IMG/VR virus record: IMGVR_UViG_2541047752_000002
DNA length: 39,757 nucleotides
Origin: a virus
Taxonomy: Duplodnaviria; Heunggongvirae; Uroviricota; Caudoviricetes
Strand: one strand, 5' to 3'
In this document: positions 8,494 to 16,554 of the stretch, in pieces
Numbering within the stretch: the first letter of the stretch is position 1
Layout of the letters: each line of letters opens with the position of its first letter
Notes under the pieces: model-generated
Database searches by the model: none
What the model was told of the DNA's origin: nothing
The model's input: only the letters and a program-made list of their open reading frames with translations
Translations under genes and position numbers: made by a program

Positions 8494-9435
8494 ATGAGCA
8501 CTAAATTAACCGGCTATGTATGGGATGGTTGCGCTGCGTCAGGCATGAAGTTATCCAGCGTGGCAATTATGGCCCGCCTGGCTGATTTCAGTAATGACGA
8601 AGGTGTGTGCTGGCCATCAATTGAAACCATTGCCCGCCAGATTGGCGCGGGGATGAGCACCGTCAGAACGGCTATCGCACGGCTGGAAGCGGAAGGCTGG
8701 TTAACGCGTAAGGCGCGTCGCCAGGGTAACCGCAATGCGTCGAATGTTTATCAGCTTAACGTTGCGAAGCTTCAGGCAGCGGCATTTTCTCAACTGTCAG
8801 ATTCTGACCCGTCAAAATCTGACGCATCAAAATCTGACCAGTCAAAATTTGATGCGTCGAAATCTGGCAAAAAAGCGGGTTTTCACCCGTCAGAATCTGG
8901 CGGGGATCCGTCAGTAAAATCAAAACATGATCCGTCAGATAAAAAAACTTCTCGTCCGGACGCTTCGCAACCGGACACGCAGACGGCTGAACAAGAGTTT
9001 TTAACTCGCCATCCTGATGCGGTTGTATTCAGCCCTAAAAAGCGCCAGTGGGGAACGCAGGATGATTTGGCCTGCGCACAGTGGCTCTGGAAAAAAATCA
9101 TCGCTCTGTACGAGCAGGCCGCCGAATGTGACGGCGAAGTGGTACGTCCTAAAGAACCGAACTGGACAGCCTGGGCAAACGAAATTCGCCTGATGTGTGT
9201 ACAGGATGGGCGTACTCATAAACAAATCTGCGAGATGTACAGCCGCGTCAGCCGCGATCCGTTCTGGTGCCGTAACGTGCTCAGCCCGTCGAAGCTGCGG
9301 GAAAAATGGGATGAGCTTTCCCTGCGCTTATCGCCGTCCGTAAGCACGTACACCGAAAAACGCGAAGACCCGTACTTCAAATCCAGTTACGACAACGTGG
9401 ACTACAGCCAGATCCCGGCAGGATTCAGGGGGTGA
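8494..9435 (+). CDS. Replication initiation protein (O-like; N-terminal winged HTH)
   Basis: 313-aa ORF; N-terminal HTH-like segment (…SIETIARQIGAGMSTVRTAIARLEAEGWL…); iteron array inside the gene as in lambda O. Confidence 0.7.
   Translation: MSTKLTGYVWDGCAASGMKLSSVAIMARLADFSNDEGVCWPSIETIARQIGAGMSTVRTAIARLEAEGWLTRKARRQGNRNASNVYQLNVAKLQAAAFSQLSDSDPSKSDASKSDQSKFDASKSGKKAGFHPSESGGDPSVKSKHDPSDKKTSRPDASQPDTQTAEQEFLTRHPDAVVFSPKKRQWGTQDDLACAQWLWKKIIALYEQAAECDGEVVRPKEPNWTAWANEIRLMCVQDGRTHKQICEMYSRVSRDPFWCRNVLSPSKLREKWDELSLRLSPSVSTYTEKREDPYFKSSYDNVDYSQIPAGFRG
8797..8950. repeat. Putative replication origin: iteron array inside the initiator gene, followed by an A-rich tract
   Basis: About 7 tandem ~15-bp repeats (CCGTCAAAATCTGAC, GCATCAAAATCTGAC, CAGTCAAAATTTGATG, CGTCGAAATCTGGC, CCGTCAGAATCTGGC, CCGTCAGTAAAATC, CCGTCAGATAAAAAAA). 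Confidence 0.6.
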
Positions 9436-9920
9436 TTATGAGTCTTTTGAATGAAGTTCAGAAATTCATTGAAGCCCATCCGGGGTGTACTTCCGGAGAC
9501 ATTGCGGATGCTTTTGCAGGTTACTCACGGCAGCGCGTTCTGCAGTCAGCAAGCAAGTTACGTCAGAGTGGGCGTGTGGCTCACCGTTGTGAAGAGGATA
9601 CACGCAGACATTTCCCGCGCCAGGCTGAGATATCGCAGGAGCCGGAACCAGTTTGTGAAACCAGACCTGTGCGCAATTTCTATGTCGGCACTAACGACCC
9701 CCGGGTGATTTTGTGCCTGACCCGCCAGGCTGAAGAACTGGAGTCCAGGGGCTTATTCCGTCGAGCTGCAACGGTGTGGATGGAGGCATTCCGTGAAAGC
9801 CACTCCCAGCCAGAACGAAACAATTTTCTGGCGCGTCGTGAGCGGTGCTTACGGAAAAGCAGCAAGCGCGCTGCATCGGGTGAAGAGTGGTATCTGTCAG
9901 GGAATTACGTGGGGGCTTAA
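9432..9920 (+). CDS. Hypothetical protein with N-terminal winged-HTH-like segment
   Basis: 162-aa ORF; start overlaps upstream stop; stop overlaps next start (TAATG). Confidence 0.5.
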   Translation: MIMSLLNEVQKFIEAHPGCTSGDIADAFAGYSRQRVLQSASKLRQSGRVAHRCEEDTRRHFPRQAEISQEPEPVCETRPVRNFYVGTNDPRVILCLTRQAEELESRGLFRRAATVWMEAFRESHSQPERNNFLARRERCLRKSSKRAASGEEWYLSGNYVGA

Positions 9921-10246
9921 TGACGACGTTAACTCAATGCCAGCAGCAGGTGCTGGATATGCTGATTTCTTACCAGAAAGAACGTGGCTTCCCGCCAACC
10001 AATCAGGAGGTGGCAACCATGCTGGGATACCGTTCAGTGAATGCAGCGGTGGAGCATCTTAGAGCACTGGAGAAAAAAGGCGTCATCACGATAAAGCGTG
10101 GCGTGGCCCGTGGTATCACTCTTCATACCGCGGTGAAGGACGACGACAGCGAGGCGGTCGGGATTATCCGCTCACTGCTTGCCGGTGAGGAAAACGCCAG
10201 GCTGCGTGCAGCCCACTGGTTACATGAGAGGGGCCTGAAAGTATGA
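9920..10246 (+). CDS. LexA N-terminal DNA-binding-domain-like protein (no peptidase domain)
   Basis: 108 aa from ATG 9920 (MTTLTQCQQQVLDMLISYQKERGFPPTNQEVATMLGYRSVNAAVEHLRALEKKGVI…) resembles the LexA winged HTH; ends before any S24 domain. Confidence 0.6.
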   Translation: MTTLTQCQQQVLDMLISYQKERGFPPTNQEVATMLGYRSVNAAVEHLRALEKKGVITIKRGVARGITLHTAVKDDDSEAVGIIRSLLAGEENARLRAAHWLHERGLKV

Positions 10247-10632
10247 AGCTAATACTGCCTTTTCCGCCCAGCGTGAACACGTACTGGCGACACCCCAACA
10301 AAGGGGCGTTTGCTGGTAAGAGCCTGATAAGCGCAGCGGGGCGCAAATTCCAGAGCGCGGCGTGTGCAGCAATAGTTGAGCAGTTACGTCGTCTGCCAAA
10401 ACCAACGTCGGCACCTGCTTCAGTGGAGATCGTGTTGTTTCCTCCGGATAACCGGATCCGCGATCTGGACAACTATAACAAGGCGCTGTTTGACGCCCTG
10501 ACCCACGCGGGTGTGTGGGAAGACGACAGTCAGGTGAAAAGAATGCTGGTGGAGTGGGGACCGGTTATCCCGGAAGGGAAGGTCGAGATCACCATCAGTA
10601 AGTACGAGAAAACGGCGGGTGCAGCCGCCTGA
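10243..10632 (+). CDS. rusA: RusA-family Holliday junction resolvase
   Basis: 129-aa ORF with RusA-like pattern (LPFPPSVNTYWRH… DLDNYNKALFDALTHAGVWEDDSQV). Confidence 0.8.
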   Translation: MKLILPFPPSVNTYWRHPNKGAFAGKSLISAAGRKFQSAACAAIVEQLRRLPKPTSAPASVEIVLFPPDNRIRDLDNYNKALFDALTHAGVWEDDSQVKRMLVEWGPVIPEGKVEITISKYEKTAGAAA

Positions 10633-10651
10633 TCAAGAGGAGAAACGAAGT

Positions 10652-11461
10652 ATGAATAATCTGATGGTCATTGATGGTATTGAAGTTCGTCGTGATGCTT
10701 ATGGGCGTTACAGCCTGAACGATCTGCATCGCGCAGCAGTAGCATCTGGTGCAAATGCCAGAACCAAGGAGCCGGGAAAGTTTCTTTCCAGCCAACAAAC
10801 TGTTGAGCTTGTTCATGAATTGACCAACACCCAGAATTTGGGTGTTGACCCGGTGAGTGTGATTCATGGGGGAAATGAACGGGGAACGTATGTCTGCAAG
10901 GAACTGGTGTATGCCTATGCAATGTGGATCAGCCCGTCATTCCATCTGAAGGTGATCCGTACTTTCGATATGGTAACCAGCGCACCGGAAAAATTATCCG
11001 GACAGGCTGCTGACAAGATGCAGGCTGGCGTGATCCTGCTGGACTTTATGCGCCGGGAGTTAAACCTGTCTAACTCTTCAGTGCTTGGTGCCTGTCAGAA
11101 ACTCCAGGAGGCTGTTGGCTTACCGAATCTGGCACCGCGCTATGCCATTGATGCTCCTGCTGATGCACACGATGGCTCAAGTCGCCCGACACTGTCACTG
11201 AGTGCACTGCTGAAACAGTATGGTATCCGCCTGACGGCTAATCAGGCATATCACCAGATGGTGAAGCTGGGGATCGTCGAGCAGCGCGAACGATACAGCC
11301 GTACCGCGATTAACAACATCAAAAAATTCTGGTCGCTGACAGCGAAAGGCTGCATGTTCGGCAAGAACATCACCAGTCCCGCAAATCCGCGCGAGACGCA
11401 GCCGCATTTCTTCGAATCCCGATTCCCTGAGCTGTTAAAGCTGCTCGATACCGTTCATTGA
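10652..11461 (+). CDS. KilA-N domain protein (antirepressor-like)
   Basis: Start at ATG 10652 with GAGGAG Shine-Dalgarno; N-terminal KilA-N-like segment (…YSLNDLHRAAVASGANARTKEPGKFL…). Confidence 0.6.
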   Translation: MNNLMVIDGIEVRRDAYGRYSLNDLHRAAVASGANARTKEPGKFLSSQQTVELVHELTNTQNLGVDPVSVIHGGNERGTYVCKELVYAYAMWISPSFHLKVIRTFDMVTSAPEKLSGQAADKMQAGVILLDFMRRELNLSNSSVLGACQKLQEAVGLPNLAPRYAIDAPADAHDGSSRPTLSLSALLKQYGIRLTANQAYHQMVKLGIVEQRERYSRTAINNIKKFWSLTAKGCMFGKNITSPANPRETQPHFFESRFPELLKLLDTVH

Positions 11462-11462
11462 G

Positions 11463-12458
11463 GTGACCGTGAGAGCACTACTGACCCCTGAAATTGCCCC
11501 GCGTATGGGGATCGTATTGTTCAGGCCAGGTTCAGAGCTGATGCCCCTGTTTATGCAGGGGCGTGTCCTGCTGGAGCCTGAGCCGGAACGTTATTCATCT
11601 TTCGCCAGTGGTGCCGTTCCGGCGGCATCACAACCGCTGGCGGATGATCCTGCCGTTCGGGCCGTGTTCCGCAATGAGGCAGTGATCCGTCGTGCTGGTG
11701 GCGTGGAATGTCTTGAAAGCTGGTTACTTCGTGAAAAGGGCTGTCAGTGGCCTCATTCCGACTGGCACAGTGAGAACATGACCACAATGCGGCACGCTCC
11801 GGGCGCAATCCGTCTGTGCTGGCACTGCGATAACCAGCTGCGTGACCAGTTCACGGAACGGCTGGAATCAATGGCAACGGATAACTGTGCCCGTTGGGTG
11901 TTGTCTGTTGTGCGTCGGGATCTCGGTTTTGATGACAGTCACGTTGTGACAATGCCGGAACTGTGCTGGTGGCTGATTCGTAATGACCTGGCGGATGCCT
12001 TACCGGAAAGTGCAGCCCGTAAGGCACTGAGATTACCGAAGCCTGTTGTGCCGTCTGTCACCCGGGAAAGTGACCTTGTGCCTTCGGTTCCTGCCACCAG
12101 CATCATCCAGGATAAGGCGAAAAAGGTGCTGGCGCTGAAAGTGGATCCGGAGTCGCCGGAGTCTTTTATGTTACGCCCAAAACGTCGCCGCTGGGTTAAT
12201 GAAAAGTACACGCGCTGGGTTAAGACACAGCCGTGTGCATGTTGTGGAAAGCCTGCTGATGATCCCCACCACCTGATAGGTCACGGTCAGGGTGGAATGG
12301 GTACAAAAGCGCATGACCTCTTTGTGTTGCCATTGTGCAGAAAGCATCACGACGAGCTGCATGCGGACACCGTGGCGTTTGAAGAGAAGTATGGTTCCCA
12401 ACTGGAGCTGATTTTTCGATTTATCGATCGCGCGCTGGCAATTGGTGTGCTGGCCTGA
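11463..12458 (+). CDS. DUF968-family protein with C-terminal Cys/His (HNH-like) motif
   Basis: 331-aa ORF; C-terminus …CACCGKPADDPHHLIGHGQGGMGTKAHDLFVLPLCRKHHDELH…; Nin-region position. Confidence 0.6.
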   Translation: MTVRALLTPEIAPRMGIVLFRPGSELMPLFMQGRVLLEPEPERYSSFASGAVPAASQPLADDPAVRAVFRNEAVIRRAGGVECLESWLLREKGCQWPHSDWHSENMTTMRHAPGAIRLCWHCDNQLRDQFTERLESMATDNCARWVLSVVRRDLGFDDSHVVTMPELCWWLIRNDLADALPESAARKALRLPKPVVPSVTRESDLVPSVPATSIIQDKAKKVLALKVDPESPESFMLRPKRRRWVNEKYTRWVKTQPCACCGKPADDPHHLIGHGQGGMGTKAHDLFVLPLCRKHHDELHADTVAFEEKYGSQLELIFRFIDRALAIGVLA

Positions 12459-12475
12459 TTTTGTGGAGAGATTTG

Positions 12476-12829
12476 ATGCGTGATATGTACGAGGTGTTAG
12501 ACCGCTGGGGAGCATGGGCAGCAGCAGATAACAGCGGTGTGGACTGGCAGCCGATAGCGGCTGGTTTCAAGGGGCTTTTACCTCATGGTAAAAAAACACG
12601 CCTTCAGTGTGATGATGATGAAGGCATCATGATAGATAGTTGTGTGGCTAGGTTGCGTAAATATAAGTCAGAAGATTACGAGCTGATAATCGCCCACTTT
12701 GTTATTGGAATTTCGCTCCGTACAATTGCAAAGAAGCGGAAATGTTCTGATGGTACTTTACGTAAAGAATTGATTGGCGCTATAGCTTTCATTGAAGGGG
12801 TAATGTCAATGATTAAATTTTCTGATTAG
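12476..12829 (+). CDS. Late-gene antiterminator Q (QuuD/phage-82-type family)
   Basis: 117 aa from ATG 12476 (MRDMYEVLDRWGAWAAADNSGVDWQPIAAGFKGLL…) resembles remembered QuuD; GGAGAG Shine-Dalgarno; track ORF starts at in-frame TTG 12461. Confidence 0.75.
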   Translation: MRDMYEVLDRWGAWAAADNSGVDWQPIAAGFKGLLPHGKKTRLQCDDDEGIMIDSCVARLRKYKSEDYELIIAHFVIGISLRTIAKKRKCSDGTLRKELIGAIAFIEGVMSMIKFSD

Positions 12830-12834
12830 ATAAA

Positions 12835-12856
12835 AAGGGCGGGGGTTCCCGCCCTT
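12835..12856. terminator. Hairpin between the convergent Q and caspase-like genes (bidirectional terminator candidate)
   Basis: 9-bp perfect stem AAGGGCGGG/CCCGCCCTT with GGTT loop, lying exactly between the two stop codons. Confidence 0.6.
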
Positions 12857-12859
12857 AAT

Positions 12860-13825
12860 TCAGAATCGCCCTTTTATTGCTAAATTACGATAATAAACAC
12901 CTAATGCAGTAAGTCGGCATCCAGTTGAATTTATCGCAGCATAGTACATATGTTCAGTATCAACCGGCTCAACCAGTCCGTGGCGGTTACATTTTTGTAG
13001 ATTTTGAAAAATTGATACATTTTCATCAATCGGTGATTCGGAAGTTGGTTCAAAGCTAGGATCTAAATGGAATACATGTGTAGCTGTTGGGAACCATACG
13101 GGCAATTTGCGAAGAGTATCCAAAGACACTCTTGGTCCTACCTCTCTCAGAACAACAAATCGAGAAACATTTGTTTTAAAGACTGGGCGCTGATCCCACG
13201 CCCCCAATGCTTGATCCACAAAGCTATACAGACTACTTGGAGTAATATAACCTAATATATTAGCTCCTGCGCCATACAAAGCTTCGACCATTAATGAAGT
13301 AAATACTCCACCATCATTAACTTCTTTGGCATACTCATCTCGTCTACATGCAGTAAGGATGGTAGAGCCATCTGCAAGTACAGTTTCTCCTCCTTTTAGC
13401 ATTCTTTCCTGGCCAGCGGCCCCAGCCTGACAGCAGTCGAGAATAATAATTTTATTGCGTATGTTAGTTGCTTTATTAGCCCAAACCATAACATCACTTA
13501 TTCTTATGCCATTACTTGATCTTGGCGAAAAGTCATGTGGAATCAACATTCCTTCATCAATGTTATTATCAAAATATCCATGTCCAGCAAAGTAAAATAA
13601 TGCAACATCACACTCTCCAGAAAAAAGATTCTGAATTTCATATTCAAGGAAATCTTTGTTGAGGGGGGTTGCACTACAGTGTGTAAGTGTTCTAGCCTCG
13701 AAATTAGGCCTCCCATCGGCGTGTCTAGATAATGCTTCTGCCATTTTTGCAGCATCATTTTCACATCCGCTGAGAGCATCTAATTCAGCATACTCATTGA
13801 TCCCAATAAATAGTGCTTTTTTCAT
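12860..13825 (-). CDS. Caspase-like (peptidase C14 family) cysteine protease with C-terminal extension of unknown function
   Basis: 321 aa from ATG 13825; motifs KKALFIGINEY…GCENDAAKMAEAL, His in FYFAGHGY, Cys in IILDCCQAG (intact His/Cys dyad); AGGAG Shine-Dalgarno overlaps the stop of the upstream TIR-like gene; AT-richer than flanking phage genes. Confidence 0.75.
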   Translation of the reverse strand: MKKALFIGINEYAELDALSGCENDAAKMAEALSRHADGRPNFEARTLTHCSATPLNKDFLEYEIQNLFSGECDVALFYFAGHGYFDNNIDEGMLIPHDFSPRSSNGIRISDVMVWANKATNIRNKIIILDCCQAGAAGQERMLKGGETVLADGSTILTACRRDEYAKEVNDGGVFTSLMVEALYGAGANILGYITPSSLYSFVDQALGAWDQRPVFKTNVSRFVVLREVGPRVSLDTLRKLPVWFPTATHVFHLDPSFEPTSESPIDENVSIFQNLQKCNRHGLVEPVDTEHMYYAAINSTGCRLTALGVYYRNLAIKGRF

Positions 13826-13835
13826 ATGGAAGCTC

Positions 13836-14237
13836 CTAAGCCAGCTCACGAATGGCAGAAACGATGCTTTCTGTATTCCACTTGACGATTTTGTGAGCGG
13901 CTTGCTTAACTTTCATAGACGTACGCTCGGAGCCCCAAGGCTCAATGGCAATAATTGGCTTTCTATATTCTTGAGCTATTCGGATCTCTGCATCAATCCA
14001 TTTGCTGTAGCTGGCATATACACCAGCCAAAATAATTACAACACTTGATGGTGCCATTTGTGATCTTATAGCAGAGTAAAGTGCAAAATCATCTTGGGCA
14101 CCAATTATTGGATCAACTCTGGGTACCGAGTAGTTCTTAAAGTTGAAATACCCACGATTCTTGAGAAGAGCCACAAGCTGTTCATAAGTGTTTGAATATT
14201 TCCAAGAGTGACTAATAAATAGATTAAAAGTTCTCAT
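13836..14237 (-). CDS. Minimal TIR-like domain protein (ThsB/DUF1863-like)
   Basis: 133-aa ORF; N-terminal FNLFISHSWKY strand motif and downstream SKWIDAEIRIA with a candidate catalytic Glu; GGAGAG Shine-Dalgarno; translationally coupled to the caspase-like gene. Confidence 0.65.
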   Translation of the reverse strand: MRTFNLFISHSWKYSNTYEQLVALLKNRGYFNFKNYSVPRVDPIIGAQDDFALYSAIRSQMAPSSVVIILAGVYASYSKWIDAEIRIAQEYRKPIIAIEPWGSERTSMKVKQAAHKIVKWNTESIVSAIRELA

Positions 14238-14363
14238 AAACTCTCCATTTTAAGGAAGTGAAGTAAGTACATTCTTCTCTTAGAAATAAAAATATCAAAT
14301 CTATTCACGCGTACGCAAAAAGTATTGTATCGTATTAAGAGTGGTTAGTTCGCCACACAGCTT

Positions 14364-14396
14364 AAAACCCGCCGTCGAGCGGGTTTTGTCGTTTCT
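14364..14396 (+). terminator. Intrinsic terminator upstream of the lysis genes (candidate tR')
   Basis: Hairpin AACCCGC-CGTCGA-GCGGGTT followed by TTGTCGTTTCT. Confidence 0.55.
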
Positions 14397-14538
14397 GGAT
14401 CCGGCTATTTGTTGAGCTTGGTCTATACCGCAGTTATCCATTGGCTCGGCTTCTTTTACGTTTCCGCTTCTGATTTGCGGTTCGTGGTACACCCTCAATT
14501 TGCACCTCCTTTATCGGCGAGGTGAGAGATAACTACAA

Positions 14539-14865
14539 ATGCCTCATAACCCAAATACCTGGCTGGAGTTGGTACAGAGCTGGTGGCGTGGAGACACACC
14601 ACTGGGCGCAGTAATTATGTCGATCGTTATGGCTGGTTTACGTATTGCCTATTTTGGTGGCGGTGGCGGCTGGAAGCGAAAAACGCTCGAGATTTTGCTC
14701 TGTGGCGCTCTGACACTGACCTTTGCATCCGCGCTTGAGTATGTCGGATGGCCTAAATCACTTTCTGTTGCTATTGGTGGTGGGGTGGGGCTGATCGGGG
14801 TCGATGCTATTCGTGGTGCGGCAATGAGAGTAATCGGTAACAAGTTTGGTAGCTCGAAGGAGTAA
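14539..14865 (+). CDS. Holin (lambda S-like, three predicted transmembrane segments)
   Basis: 108-aa ORF with three hydrophobic segments and charged C-terminus, immediately upstream of the endolysin. Confidence 0.75.
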   Translation: MPHNPNTWLELVQSWWRGDTPLGAVIMSIVMAGLRIAYFGGGGGWKRKTLEILLCGALTLTFASALEYVGWPKSLSVAIGGGVGLIGVDAIRGAAMRVIGNKFGSSKE

Positions 14866-14868
14866 TTT

Positions 14869-15345
14869 ATGCAGGAACTAAATCCTCAGCGTAAAGCTTT
14901 CCTTGATATGGTGGCCTGGTCAGAAGGAACGGATAACGGGCGACAACCGACACGTAACCACGGTTATGATGTTATTGTTGGTGGTGAACTGTTCACTGAT
15001 TACTCCGATCACCCTCGCAAACTTGTCACGCTAAACCCCAAACTCAAATCAACAGCCGCCGGACGTTACCAGCTTCTTTCACGCTGGTGGGATGCTTACC
15101 GTAAACAGCTTGGCCTGAAAGATTTTTCTCCAGAAAGCCAGGACGCTGTAGCTCTGCAGCAGATTAAAGAGCGTGGCGCTTTACCGATGATTGACCGCGG
15201 CAATATTCGTCAGGCAATCGACCGTTGCAGCAATATCTGGGCGTCGTTACCTGGTGCAGGTTACGGTCAGTATGAACATAAAATCGGTGACCTGATTGCC
15301 CGATTTAAAGAGGCTGGTGGGGTGGTAAATGAAGTTGAGCTATAA
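14869..15345 (+). CDS. R: Endolysin, lambda R-type lytic transglycosylase
   Basis: 158-aa ORF near-identical to remembered lambda R (…QRKAFLDMVAWSEGTDNGRQPTRNHGYDVIVGGELFTDYSDHPRKLVTLNPKLKST…). Confidence 0.92.
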   Translation: MQELNPQRKAFLDMVAWSEGTDNGRQPTRNHGYDVIVGGELFTDYSDHPRKLVTLNPKLKSTAAGRYQLLSRWWDAYRKQLGLKDFSPESQDAVALQQIKERGALPMIDRGNIRQAIDRCSNIWASLPGAGYGQYEHKIGDLIARFKEAGGVVNEVEL

Positions 15346-15709
15346 GCTGGTTATCGCTGCATTCTTCTTTACTGTCATCGGTTCTTTCATCTGGTCTGCC
15401 AACCACTACTACAGCAAATATCAGCACGAAAAGAAACGTGCTGATGAGGCTGTACAAAATGCTGAATCTGCAACAGCCATTACCCGTAACGTCCTGCAAT
15501 CACTGCAAATCGTCAATACAGTTATAGAGGTTAACCAGCATGCAAAACAGCAGATCGCACTGGAGTCACAGAGAACCCAGAAAGATATCAAAGTGGCTGT
15601 TGCGGATGATGGTTGTGCTGCACGCCTTGTGCCTGCTGCCGCTGCTGAGCGGTTGCGGAAGTACGCGGACAGTTTACGTGAGCACTCCGGCTACAACATT
15701 ACCGACTAG
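15329..15709 (+). CDS. Rz-like inner-membrane spanin
   Basis: 126-aa ORF overlapping the endolysin 3' end; N-terminal transmembrane helix then coiled-coil-like periplasmic region. Confidence 0.7.
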   Translation: MKLSYKLVIAAFFFTVIGSFIWSANHYYSKYQHEKKRADEAVQNAESATAITRNVLQSLQIVNTVIEVNQHAKQQIALESQRTQKDIKVAVADDGCAARLVPAAAAERLRKYADSLREHSGYNITD

Positions 15710-15863
15710 TCTGACTTCTGAAACACCTGTACCGTTCATACCAAATCCTCTGACTTATGGTGCCAGCCTGGAGCTGAATGTGAGTCTGTTGTCTGCACTG
15801 GCTAACTGCAATCGGGATAAAGCTGATATTCGTAAAATAGATGCAGAGAGAACTAACCATTAA
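15606..15863 (+). CDS. Rz1-like outer-membrane lipoprotein spanin (overlapping Rz in +1 frame)
   Basis: Signal peptide with lipobox (MMVVLHALCLLPLLSGC) followed by proline-rich mature region; overlaps the Rz 3' end. Confidence 0.6.
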   Translation: MMVVLHALCLLPLLSGCGSTRTVYVSTPATTLPTSLTSETPVPFIPNPLTYGASLELNVSLLSALANCNRDKADIRKIDAERTNH

Positions 15864-15875
15864 GCAATAAAATTG

Positions 15876-16511
15876 TCAAATTAATAAGTTGTCAAATGAA
15901 TATACGTTAAAGGTATATGTCGACATAATTTCACCAAGTACCTCAATACATATACTTTTTTTATGAAAGATACTGGGGAAGGAACTTAGCTCTTCAAGGC
16001 ATTGCACATAAGTGCTGATATCACTTGCATCACGTTCAAGGAATTTCACTTGGCCAAAAGAAGGAGTATTAATCCTAGTTCTTTGCTGGATTATATGGAT
16101 AAAATGTGTAGTTGGTGAAACTATTACTCTTGAAATATCGGAAATGATGTCTTCTTGAACTTGCCGATAAAGTAAATCCTTTGGGTAATGGTGTTTGATC
16201 TCGATGGTTGCAACATTGCCATTATGTTCAGACGTTAATATCGACTGGTTATAAAGTGATATGTCAACAGCGCCGATACCGAGTTTTGGATGCTCACTTA
16301 AAGCAGTTAGTGTGCTGATTTGATTGAGAATAACAACTAACTCATCACGTATTTGAGTTTCATGTTTGCGATTGTAGAAGTAGCAATTCAGTTCATTTAA
16401 CTTTTTATGCATCCTATCGTGACTAATTGCTTCGATCAGTAAATCCTGAATCATACTTTTCTCTAGGTAATCCGAACGGTTGTAAGTGACAGTATTGTGC
16501 TGGCATGTCAT
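15876..16511 (-). CDS. Hypothetical protein (211 aa), possible PD-(D/E)xK-like motif; AT-rich moron
   Basis: ORF on the strand opposite to the surrounding late genes; segment …GAVDISLYNQSILTSEHNGNVATIEIKHH… fits a D…E-x-K spacing (weak inference). Confidence 0.5.
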   Translation of the reverse strand: MTCQHNTVTYNRSDYLEKSMIQDLLIEAISHDRMHKKLNELNCYFYNRKHETQIRDELVVILNQISTLTALSEHPKLGIGAVDISLYNQSILTSEHNGNVATIEIKHHYPKDLLYRQVQEDIISDISRVIVSPTTHFIHIIQQRTRINTPSFGQVKFLERDASDISTYVQCLEELSSFPSIFHKKSICIEVLGEIMSTYTFNVYSFDNLLI

Positions 16512-16554
16512 TAGTATGTAAAGGTATTGTGAATGCCAGCAAGATAACGAAGTA

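Noticed and set aside
8797-8950. Iteron repeats as a possible CRISPR array or simple satellite
   Set aside because: Repeats are ~15 bp, degenerate, without spacers, and inside the replication initiator gene, which fits an origin.
13067-14048. Plus- and minus-strand ORFs (62, 78 and 130 aa) overlapping the caspase-like and TIR-like genes
   Set aside because: Lie in alternative frames or antisense to the two longer genes with clear domain motifs and coupled translation signals.
14285-14345. Explicit late promoter PR' and qut site upstream of the terminator at 14364-14396
   Set aside because: Only weak -35/-10 candidates are visible; the promoter cannot be placed from sequence alone, so only the terminator is reported.
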